Positions 55,330 through 63,513 of a DNA stretch of 64,000 nt are shown in pieces (positions within the stretch are counted from its first letter, which is position 1; each line of letters opens with the position of its first letter). The notes beneath the pieces are model-generated. The model saw only the letters and a list, made by a program, of their open reading frames with translations, had not been told where the DNA came from and did no database searches. The position numbers and the translations under genes were made by a program. Location of the stretch: sequence record NC_061451.1. The stretch is one strand, 5' to 3'.

Positions 55330-56290
55330 CGATCTCTTTGAGGCTGTTCTTGATTGCTTTGCGCAGCGTCTTGCCTACGTCAATGCCATCAACATGTTTT
55401 GCGAACACATGCGCAAACAGCGTCGTCGGATTTTTCATGATTGCTTTATCGAGGTCAGGACGACCCTCAGCGATTTGCATTTCGCCAGGCCACAGTTCAG
55501 CAACGGCGGAGCTATCGTTAGCGGCGATAAGCTCAAGCTCGCGGACTGAAATCGAGTTCTGGCGAGCAATCGTTCGGAAGATGAGATCAACGAACGGCAG
55601 GAGATCTTCTGACACAACGTTCTTCACGTCTTTGGCATCGCCAGCACGTTGGAAGTCTTCCATGAGATCTGTCAGGACTTTCTTGTCGATCTTATGCACG
55701 TTGCGCAGTTTGTTGAACAACACCATCCAGCGAACTTTACGCTTGGAACTAATCAGGTGCGTCCACACACTTTCGCCGAGAGCAATCAGCAAACGATTGT
55801 ACACGTCAACTGAAACTGACTCACGGCTAACGAACACGGTCAGCTCATCATGCCACTCGTCTTTCTTAAACTTAGAACGGAACGAGTGTGTCTTGGAGCC
55901 TGACTGCTGGACAAAGTTGATGCGCTTGCAACGGCGCAGTGCTTCATGCAGCTTGTACTTCTCGATCACTTTCGGGAGTCGCTTCACTCCCTTACGACAC
56001 GCTTTGGCGCAATCGGTTTCACGACCGTAGAGCGCAAGAGAAGGAAGGCCAGACATTACAGCGAGGCTCGCGTAAGGTCGGACGGTAACTCCACAAACAG
56101 ACATGCCGGGTTCCGGGTCTTTGCCCAGTACGGCAAGAACATCGCCTGCTTTAGGACTGAACTTAATTGACTCTGGGTCAGGAGTACCGAGTGTTGCAGC
56201 CAGAAGGCCGACGGTCTTGCCTGTCGCCAGAACCAAATGATTTTTGTTGCCCTGCCTCACGACAAGGTAATCTTGCTCACTATGTTTCAT
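55316..56290 (-). CDS. Possible inactive zincin-like metallopeptidase-domain protein
   Basis: LLIALGESVW versus canonical LLHELGH.VW; NPTTLFAHVFA versus N..E.FAE.FA. Confidence 0.4.
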   Translation of the reverse strand: MKHSEQDYLVVRQGNKNHLVLATGKTVGLLAATLGTPDPESIKFSPKAGDVLAVLGKDPEPGMSVCGVTVRPYASLAVMSGLPSLALYGRETDCAKACRKGVKRLPKVIEKYKLHEALRRCKRINFVQQSGSKTHSFRSKFKKDEWHDELTVFVSRESVSVDVYNRLLIALGESVWTHLISSKRKVRWMVLFNKLRNVHKIDKKVLTDLMEDFQRAGDAKDVKNVVSEDLLPFVDLIFRTIARQNSISVRELELIAANDSSAVAELWPGEMQIAEGRPDLDKAIMKNPTTLFAHVFAKHVDGIDVGKTLRKAIKNSLKEIGGED

Positions 56291-56301
56291 AACAACCCTA
56301 G

Positions 56302-56814
56302 TTAACGAGGAATGTAATCAGAGACGTTAGCTTCCTTAGCGTCTGCTGTACGGTGGCGCATCAGGCGACTTGTTGTATCTGCTGGTGGAAAGCAGACAAT
56401 AGGCTTGACGACCATGACTGTCAGTTGTTGAGGCCACATGTCGTGATCGATCATACGCGAGGCAATAATATGTGCGGCGCGTTCTGCATCTTCACGCAAA
56501 TGGTCAAACTCCAACAGCAACACCTGAGGCTTTTGATCAATCTCGTTAACAGCGTGATCAAGTTCCATCAGGTTCGTAGCAACATAGCTTCGGCAAGGCA
56601 GTGTTCCAGAGTAATCACGCGGTCCGATATAGACAACGTTCTCTGGGTCAACATCATCGATTGCATTGCAGATGAAATCAGGGACGAACTTGCCCAAGTC
56701 CCCTTCCAGTGCGACAAAAGACATATCAAAAGGATCGTGCCTCATAACGGTCATGACAGCACGTCCATAGCCAGACAGATAGTTCATCAGTCTGTATACG
56801 AGATCACTATGCAC
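56302..56814 (-). CDS. Hypothetical alpha/beta protein
   Basis: 170 aa; GAGG RBS; VLLLEFD is a Walker-B-like strand, but there is no Walker A. Confidence 0.65.
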   Translation of the reverse strand: MHSDLVYRLMNYLSGYGRAVMTVMRHDPFDMSFVALEGDLGKFVPDFICNAIDDVDPENVVYIGPRDYSGTLPCRSYVATNLMELDHAVNEIDQKPQVLLLEFDHLREDAERAAHIIASRMIDHDMWPQQLTVMVVKPIVCFPPADTTSRLMRHRTADAKEANVSDYIPR

Positions 56815-56825
56815 GTTAACCTCTT

Positions 56826-56981
56826 TTAGAATGCGGGGGTGTAGGTGTATTTGCGCTTCTTCAACTTCGCTGCCGCGTTTTCACGGTCTAAGTCGTCGAA
56901 GATACCTACCCGTCGGTGGTAACGAAATTTCGGATGAACGGAAATATGTTTGACGATAGCACTTACGGGTTCGGTAGGCAT
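56826..56981 (-). CDS. Small basic protein (51 aa), not on the ORF track
   Basis: GAGGTGA RBS, then MPTEPVSAIVKHISVHPKFRYHRRVGIFDDLDRENAAAKLKKRKYTYTPAF; fills the gap exactly. Confidence 0.7.
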   Translation of the reverse strand: MPTEPVSAIVKHISVHPKFRYHRRVGIFDDLDRENAAAKLKKRKYTYTPAF

Positions 56982-56992
56982 ATATCACCTCG

Positions 56993-58009
56993 TTACTTGT
57001 ACTGTCCCGTCACAACAAAGACGAGAGAATCAGGTTTCTTCCGTCCGTTAACAATGAGATACTTGAACGGACGTGTGGGTTCAAGCTGGCCTTCGACCAC
57101 TTGAGTGATTGCAATATCTTTGACTTCACCAAATGTCAGAGCGTTGTCCATCTGATCAAAGGAGAAGGCATTTGAAAGCGAAACAGAGTTGTGAGACTCT
57201 ACCGTAATACCTTCAGGCTTCTTGGATGCACTACGTTTCGAGTCCAGCCACTTCTGCCAATCGAACATCGCATGGTTCATTGAACGAGAGACGAGCGAAC
57301 GGGGCACTTTCCCTTTCAACGATTTGCGAAACTCGGTCACAACTTCCGACACAGGAGGACCAGCATTAACGCGACGACGATCTTTCAGAATCGTGCGCAT
57401 CTTATCAGACCAGTAGTTGTAGGCATCAACTCGAATCTGAATGTATTCTTCAAGGCGCTGAGCCTGTTCGAGGGTACACTCAATTTCGAACGTCACCTGA
57501 CTTCCACGTTCTGTGCCGTTGTGTTTGATAGCAGCTTTCTCTGCTTTCGTTTCGCTGATCAGTTTTTCTTTTACACACGCCGCCCATGCATATGCAAATG
57601 TGAGACGCATGTCAGGATAACGGTTCATCACCTGCACGCGTGTTTGAAGCAACAACGGAATGGCATAGCCCAGATGACAACGACGATCAATAAAGGCAGA
57701 ACGGAGTTCACCAATATCTTTGTCCAGCTCGTTGAGGTCATTGAACAAATAACCCGAGTCACGGTACGACTGAGAAATGTGGTTACCTTCACGAAGTACA
57801 TCGTCGATGGTCAAACCTTTTTCAACGATGCTGTTGTATGCTTCTTCCAAAGTAACATCAGGCCAAGTGCGATAACCTGTTTGGTCTAAAGTAAGATGAC
57901 GGAAGCAATACAATTCATACATGTGCAAAAAGTCCGCGAATGGCAGACTTTTGGGATATACGAATTTTTTAATCACCTTCTTCGGTTTGATAACTGCTTT
58001 CTTGATCAT
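56993..58009 (-). CDS. Protein with unknown N-terminal domain fused to a TnpB-like REC/WED region lacking RuvC
   Basis: Residues ~171-338 follow the TnpB N-terminal pattern (F.I..T.EQ...L.......YNYW...; see findings). Confidence 0.55.
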   Translation of the reverse strand: MIKKAVIKPKKVIKKFVYPKSLPFADFLHMYELYCFRHLTLDQTGYRTWPDVTLEEAYNSIVEKGLTIDDVLREGNHISQSYRDSGYLFNDLNELDKDIGELRSAFIDRRCHLGYAIPLLLQTRVQVMNRYPDMRLTFAYAWAACVKEKLISETKAEKAAIKHNGTERGSQVTFEIECTLEQAQRLEEYIQIRVDAYNYWSDKMRTILKDRRRVNAGPPVSEVVTEFRKSLKGKVPRSLVSRSMNHAMFDWQKWLDSKRSASKKPEGITVESHNSVSLSNAFSFDQMDNALTFGEVKDIAITQVVEGQLEPTRPFKYLIVNGRKKPDSLVFVVTGQYK

Positions 58010-59699
58010 TGCGTTCTCGCTGGAGTTTGGCGGCTATTTTGAGATATTCTCTATTTACAGTTTCTGGGTCTGTAGCGAACCCTCTCTTAGTGAACAGGTT
58101 ACGCTTGACCTTACCCATGCTATAGCCGTTATCCCAGAGTTTCATGAATATCAGACAGTTTAACGTCGGGTCCATGAATGGTTTTTCTTTCAGAGCAACG
58201 TCACCAGAATACTTGGTCAGCAGGATAGCGCCGTCGAACTCTGCGCTACACCACTCGGACTCAGCTAAGACCTTGAGCAGGTTGTAATTCTCCATACCCT
58301 GAATCAAATGACTAAGGATGGTATACTGGTCACGCTTATACCGAGCAACGGGAACTCGATGCGAACACCCCGAAGCATTTTTGAAGAAGTGATCTGTCGT
58401 GCGAGAATAAGAGGCGTTCTTAATTCTCAGGCACAACTCCTCAACGACAAGAGATGCAGGCTCGAACATAGCCTTCCACTTACCCCAGATTCGGGTGGCA
58501 TAGTTCTTGATTTCTTCCTCTGTCATTTTATACTTCTTGCCTACGTTTTGTACCTTAGTGTCAGATACAAGTTGACGGAAAATATCCGTCATCATAGCGC
58601 CGGGATCTTCTTTCTCCGAAGAGGTATCAAACGTCTGTTTGAAATACCTCTGATTACTCCACCCGCTATATATGCCGCCATAGTTCAAAGTCTTGGACGT
58701 GCCCCTCGTGATCTTTAGCGTCTTGGCCACGTAGTCATGATCAAGATGTTCAAGCATCGGACATTCGAGGCCGTACTCCGACATGAGGTCTAGCAGCAAA
58801 ACAATCTGGGCGTTCGGCATATCAAAGTTGCGACCATAAGAGTGATCGAAACATAGCAGCTTAACAATCTTCGGCAGTGCAGCCGCGGTACCGAATAGAC
58901 GACTACCAACATGGTTCATCGAATACTCGTCGTAGAACTCCACTAGCCTATCATTCGGGTTATCGTTGACAAGACGCAACCCAAAGCGGCAAATCTTCTT
59001 CAGGAAAGAATCAAGGCGCATGTGCAAACCGTAACGTCGGTTAGTACGAGCGTTCTCCTTAATGTCCAAGAAGCGGTCCAAATAAAATCTATAGGGACGC
59101 TGATTAGCCTGAGCACGATTGATAAGTTCAATCACTTCCCTGTTCTTGCTTTTGTGGTAGATAAAGTTATGAGGGCGTCTAAACGGCTTCGCCTTCACTT
59201 CTTTTTCAAAAGCGGCAGCAACCAAGTCATCCTGTGACTGAAAAATCGCCCTGCGACGATTTGGCTTCAACAAATTGTACATGGGCTCCTCAAGAGCACA
59301 TAAATCTGCTAAAGTTTGGGCCAGAACGGTATTGAGCGAATACTTACGGGCGATCCCCTTAATGTAATCAAAGCGGGTTTTGTTCACCTTACGGTCCAAC
59401 CAGGCACGAACACCGTCATTTTTCTGACGAACCATCGCATAACGCATCTTTTCATGAGCCCGCATGTAACTATAGGTCACTACGGTTTCATTATAGACGT
59501 TTCGTTTTTCCATCATGCGGGATTTATCGATCAAATGGATGAAAAACCACGCCAAACTTTCGTAAAACTTATCCGATTTAGCGTTCTTCGGCTTGGGGCA
59601 CGAATAAATCATGTCCCAGAAGAACTGATGAAAGGATTTAGGTACCGCGCCCACCCATCCTGGGGGCACAGCTTTCTTCCCGTACACGGGTTTGGCCAT
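57969..59699 (-). CDS. Divergent family-A-fold polymerase (TV-Pol-like), possible primase or replication initiator
   Basis: GSRLF, FDMPNAQ (motif A Asp), SKTLNYGGIYSG (motif B), L.H.IQG.E, EFDG (motif C Asp); wHTH-like N-terminal FDYIKGIARKYSL. Confidence 0.6.
   Translation of the reverse strand: MAKPVYGKKAVPPGWVGAVPKSFHQFFWDMIYSCPKPKNAKSDKFYESLAWFFIHLIDKSRMMEKRNVYNETVVTYSYMRAHEKMRYAMVRQKNDGVRAWLDRKVNKTRFDYIKGIARKYSLNTVLAQTLADLCALEEPMYNLLKPNRRRAIFQSQDDLVAAAFEKEVKAKPFRRPHNFIYHKSKNREVIELINRAQANQRPYRFYLDRFLDIKENARTNRRYGLHMRLDSFLKKICRFGLRLVNDNPNDRLVEFYDEYSMNHVGSRLFGTAAALPKIVKLLCFDHSYGRNFDMPNAQIVLLLDLMSEYGLECPMLEHLDHDYVAKTLKITRGTSKTLNYGGIYSGWSNQRYFKQTFDTSSEKEDPGAMMTDIFRQLVSDTKVQNVGKKYKMTEEEIKNYATRIWGKWKAMFEPASLVVEELCLRIKNASYSRTTDHFFKNASGCSHRVPVARYKRDQYTILSHLIQGMENYNLLKVLAESEWCSAEFDGAILLTKYSGDVALKEKPFMDPTLNCLIFMKLWDNGYSMGKVKRNLFTKRGFATDPETVNREYLKIAAKLQRERNDQESSYQTEEGD
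58053..58060 (-). promoter_or_regulatory. Putative middle promoter (CTGTAAAT)
   Basis: 44 nt upstream of ATG 58009, inside the end of the upstream gene. Confidence 0.5.
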
Positions 59700-60041
59700 C
59701 TTGGAACCTCAAAAAGCTCGTTCTCTTGGCTGATCTTTACAGAATCCTGCTTGTTCTACGTCAGAGACTCAAATTCTATCAGATAGTTGATTAGGTTAGG
59801 TAGATTAGGTATGGCATAGCATCTTATGCAGCATGAGCGCACTATATTCACACGGAATACAGCCTTCTCTCCCGAATCCCTAGCGCCTAGACGCATATCC
59901 CTCACCCATAGACATACCGTAGGGGTCGAAAACGCGAAAACCGCTTTAGCATGGTTATTTGGTGCCAATTCAGCGGAATTGATTTCTAAGCGCACTTTGA
60001 GACTATTCTTATTGCCGTAGGTCGATTCTGTAGGAAAGTGG

Positions 60042-60701
60042 TTATTTTTTGCGCGAAATTTGCTGATTCAGTTTTTTGCCGATCTGCGTCAAAACGCGCT
60101 CAACGGTCTCTCCGTCACGCTCACCGATAGCCATAGCGAGCCTTTCGCCCTGTTCACGCGATAGCTCAGGCATAATCAGCTTGAGCATCTTTGATCGCGC
60201 CTTTGCAGACTTTGATTTGCCTTTTGACAGCGATTGCGTTTCCATTTCGGCAGCAACACGGCTCATTGTGCGCTGCACGCGACGATCTGCGAATATATCA
60301 CCGAAGATATTGCCAAACAGGTCTTGGAACGAGCGTCCGCCACCAAATATCTCGTCCTTAGTGAAGCGCACTTCCTTTCCTAGCGCATTACGCTTAACGC
60401 TGTGCGTGCTTTCCACTTCGTTTTGGACGCGTGCACCTTCGATGAAGTTCTCATCAGGCCGTGATTTCTTACCTTCAGCACCGGGCTTAGTGACGCCGTT
60501 ACGCAGCTCAGCACGCCCCTCAACAGCCGCATCAGGGTCAAACATGTCATCAGTGTTGACGCTCTGATTAGGGTCAAAGGGAATCTTGTCTGTCAGCTTG
60601 TTTTCATCTGGCCACGAACGAGGGATATCCGACGCAGGTTGAGGGCTATTCGTCATATCACCGTTCTTCTCGCTGTTCAGACTCACATAAATCTTGGTCA
60701 T
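60042..60701 (-). CDS. Putative virion protein with the shared N-terminal signal
   Basis: MTKIYVSLNSE; AGGAG RBS. Confidence 0.65.
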   Translation of the reverse strand: MTKIYVSLNSEKNGDMTNSPQPASDIPRSWPDENKLTDKIPFDPNQSVNTDDMFDPDAAVEGRAELRNGVTKPGAEGKKSRPDENFIEGARVQNEVESTHSVKRNALGKEVRFTKDEIFGGGRSFQDLFGNIFGDIFADRRVQRTMSRVAAEMETQSLSKGKSKSAKARSKMLKLIMPELSREQGERLAMAIGERDGETVERVLTQIGKKLNQQISRKK

Positions 60702-60710
60702 TTGTTTCTC

Positions 60711-61817
60711 CTAGAGAATTTTAAAGCCCTTGAAAATGTTATACGCGTATTCTTTGCGCTGCACGGCACGGGTGGTGCACACCCATTCCCATTGATCGTT
60801 CTTTGCTGTGCGCTTCTTCGGCGCTTCCATCACTTTCAGCACATAGTTTTTGAAAGGCAGAACCAGCAGATCTTCAGGCTCAAGCGGACCGCAACGCGCA
60901 GGCAGAACAACTGTCAGGTTACCTACAGTCAGTTCCTGATCGTAATCCAGCACGTTTGCTTCTTCGCTGATATTGCCTTTGACGTAAGGCACGCCCAGAT
61001 CGAATATCATTGTGGCATGTGTGAAAGCCTCAACGCCACCGATTCTGATCGTTACGTTCTTGCCACGAAACTTATCCAGCGTTTCCGCTTTCAACTCGAC
61101 CGCTACGCCGTTCAGCATCAGCATAGGACGTGGGAAAGCAGGAAGCACTTTCTCATTCAATCTGACCGAATAAGTCGCCTGCGTAAAGTATTTTGGAATA
61201 AGCTGATCGAACTCAACGAAGCCGTCTTTGCGTACCTGACGGAACGTTGAAGGGCTGGTGGACTGATCGTATGTGTAGCCTTCAATGCGTAGCGCATGGT
61301 GCTGCATCATAACGTTGTACACGAAGCCTGTGCTAATGAATCCAGGCACAATGCCTTGACGAAAGCACACAGCACAGTTGGCGTTGTTACCGCCATCCCA
61401 TTTGACGCTCATCTCTTCTTCGGTGTCGCCCATGAGGTCTGCTGCGCTCAGCGTTGCGTTTTCGCCTTCGTCGAGGTCATCAAGGCTAACCGTTTGACGT
61501 CCACCACCAAACATGCCTTTCGACACAGTGTTCAGCTTGACGTTGCCCTGAGTGCCGAGGCTTGAACGGCCAACGCTTTTCATTCCACCCAAGTTGGAAT
61601 CAAAGTCGTCGTTGACTGTTTTGTTGCAACTGCACGTCAGACCGAATTTTGCTTTCTTGAATATGATAATGTCCGTAGCGTCAACAGCTAATGCCTGTTC
61701 TACCTTGGACTTGACCACTTCCTGAATGGAGTCGAGGCGCTGCTGCACTCGCTTTGTCTCGTAGGTCTTGTGGCGATCATATTTATTACGGGGTTTGCCA
61801 CGTTCAATCCAGCTCAT
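60711..61817 (-). CDS. Putative virion structural protein with Cys pairs
   Basis: 368 aa; CSC and CAVC pairs; AATAATTT at 61840-61847. Confidence 0.6.
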   Translation of the reverse strand: MSWIERGKPRNKYDRHKTYETKRVQQRLDSIQEVVKSKVEQALAVDATDIIIFKKAKFGLTCSCNKTVNDDFDSNLGGMKSVGRSSLGTQGNVKLNTVSKGMFGGGRQTVSLDDLDEGENATLSAADLMGDTEEEMSVKWDGGNNANCAVCFRQGIVPGFISTGFVYNVMMQHHALRIEGYTYDQSTSPSTFRQVRKDGFVEFDQLIPKYFTQATYSVRLNEKVLPAFPRPMLMLNGVAVELKAETLDKFRGKNVTIRIGGVEAFTHATMIFDLGVPYVKGNISEEANVLDYDQELTVGNLTVVLPARCGPLEPEDLLVLPFKNYVLKVMEAPKKRTAKNDQWEWVCTTRAVQRKEYAYNIFKGFKIL

Positions 61818-61915
61818 ATTAATCTCCTTTGTTGCTCTGAAATTATTGTGCTGTTTCCGTGCCTTTCACATCAAAAATATTTATTTAGTAGCACAATGAA
61901 AATACGGAGTTTCAT

Positions 61916-62464
61916 ATGCGCGTTCTTTCAGGCGACCCGGGTAAGGTTAACTTCGCGCTGTCTGTCCAGGAGTTCAAGGACAAACGCATTACTGTTATAG
62001 GCACGCGGATGTTCCGCAGTCCTATTCAGAACCTGCATTACGATATGCGTCAGCCCACAAAAGAGTTTCTTGCCGAGCTTGAGCTAATATGGAAACTCTA
62101 CGGACCGTTCGATGCCATGTGCTTTGAGCGCTTCCAGTCTCGTGGTCTTGGCGGCAACACCATTGAAGCTATCAGCCTCATGCTCGGTGTCATATCGTTC
62201 TTTGCGTTGAAGAAGAAATGCCCTCTTGATTTAATCACTGCTAGTCAGTGGAAAAATGCTTTCAACCGCAGCATGGACCTTAAAGGCTATTATGCGGAAT
62301 ACAATCTGACGTCAAAGAAAAGCCAAAAAGCAATTCATGAATTTGATGCGAGCCTTATTGGCGTCTATACCTTTTATCGTCATTCAGAAATCAAACCGTT
62401 TGCAGGCTTCAATCGTATCATCGATGCGTATGTTCCACGATTCCTGGAAGCACCTGTTCTTTGA
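61916..62464 (+). CDS. ruvC: RuvC-like Holliday junction resolvase
   Basis: LSGDPG..NFA (Asp1), CFERFQ (Glu), ITASQWK, HEFDA (Asp). Confidence 0.82.
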   Translation: MRVLSGDPGKVNFALSVQEFKDKRITVIGTRMFRSPIQNLHYDMRQPTKEFLAELELIWKLYGPFDAMCFERFQSRGLGGNTIEAISLMLGVISFFALKKKCPLDLITASQWKNAFNRSMDLKGYYAEYNLTSKKSQKAIHEFDASLIGVYTFYRHSEIKPFAGFNRIIDAYVPRFLEAPVL

Positions 62465-62473
62465 GGAAATGAA

Positions 62474-62809
62474 ATGAACATTGAACTTGAAACCCGTGTA
62501 ATGAACATGCTGGCAGGCATTAGCCGTCATCTGGTTAAGCTTGGTAAAGGTGATGTGGCTGCCTACCAAGATCGTTTCTTCTACGAGCATTCATTCAGTA
62601 CGCTGAACAAAGAAGACGACGAGACCGATGTGGTCGCTGTGTTGCGCGAAAAGATTGTGGCAGAACTTGCCGTGCGCGACATTGCACTGACCGAAGATTA
62701 TCAGCCTGTGCTTACCTACAGACCGATGATTTTGCATCCGACAAACGAAGGTGAGTTCGTGTCGATCGTGGTTGGTTTCCCACTCGACGCACCAGTGGTC
62801 CTGCCATAA
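62474..62809 (+). CDS. Hypothetical protein
   Basis: 111 aa; GAGGA RBS. Confidence 0.75.
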   Translation: MNIELETRVMNMLAGISRHLVKLGKGDVAAYQDRFFYEHSFSTLNKEDDETDVVAVLREKIVAELAVRDIALTEDYQPVLTYRPMILHPTNEGEFVSIVVGFPLDAPVVLP

Positions 62810-62812
62810 ATT

Positions 62813-62820
62813 CTGTAAAT
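62813..62820 (+). promoter_or_regulatory. Putative middle promoter (CTGTAAAT) on the plus strand
   Basis: 34 nt upstream of ATG 62854; orientation flips together with the genes. Confidence 0.55.
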
Positions 62821-62853
62821 GATCTTACTTGGTTAACCTGTAGGATATTTGCG

Positions 62854-63513
62854 ATGGCGAAGTCAGTGAAAGAACGAAAAGCGGTTACGAAGATCGCTAA
62901 AACAAAGAAGGGAAAAATTCCTATTCGCATTATCGAGGACACGCGCCCAATAATCATTTGCCCCGAGATGGAAGACAAACCTCGTCCGTTTCGTTTTCGC
63001 GGTCAGTGCCCGATAACAACCTGCCAGTATTGCACACGCGAAACTGCAACTGGCTGCATGTCGTTAGATCGTAAAGAGTCTTCCGACCGTTCTATCTCTA
63101 ACCGCGAGATTGCGTACTATAAGCGTAGCCTCTTTCCTGAACTTAAAGAGATGGATCAGAAACAGTTGGACACGACTGTTCGACGGGCACAGACTCGTAC
63201 CCGTACTGCTATCTGTCTCAATATGTTTATTGCCTCCGTTGATGATTCTGATTCTGATCGTTCATTTCAGTACGTGAAGGGCAGACACCCGTCAGTGGAC
63301 AATGTGCATAACTACATGGTTCAAACCTTTACCGACTACAGACCTTGGATGCTTGCCTATCTTGATGATGAGCAGCGCTTCGAAGAACTGGTCGGTAAGA
63401 TAGCAAATTCTGAATTTAATTTAGGTACAGCCTTGCGTCTTACGCCTCGTAAGTATCAGGTGTTCTGCAAAGCTCTAAACGACCTTAAACAATCTGGAGA
63501 AACCAATGAGTGA
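62854..63513 (+). CDS. Hypothetical protein with Cys cluster
   Basis: 219 aa; CPITTCQYC...GC. Confidence 0.7.
   Translation: MAKSVKERKAVTKIAKTKKGKIPIRIIEDTRPIIICPEMEDKPRPFRFRGQCPITTCQYCTRETATGCMSLDRKESSDRSISNREIAYYKRSLFPELKEMDQKQLDTTVRRAQTRTRTAICLNMFIASVDDSDSDRSFQYVKGRHPSVDNVHNYMVQTFTDYRPWMLAYLDDEQRFEELVGKIANSEFNLGTALRLTPRKYQVFCKALNDLKQSGETNE

Noticed and set aside
59756-59995. 79-aa ORF in the intergenic gap
   Set aside because: Non-ATG start, no RBS, no recognisable features; treated as non-coding, though not excluded
192-61565. Numerous plus-strand and alternate-frame ORFs in the track (e.g. 4563..5246, 25062..25970, 29259..30158, 36259..37155, 38733..39542, 55338..56030)
   Set aside because: They lie antisense to or inside well-supported minus-strand genes, lack RBS and motifs, and are expected shadows of biased codon usage
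61916-62464. RuvC as the missing nuclease half of the truncated TnpB
   Set aside because: It has the compact Holliday-junction-resolvase layout, lies on the opposite strand in another transcription unit, and lacks the TnpB bridge helix and zinc finger
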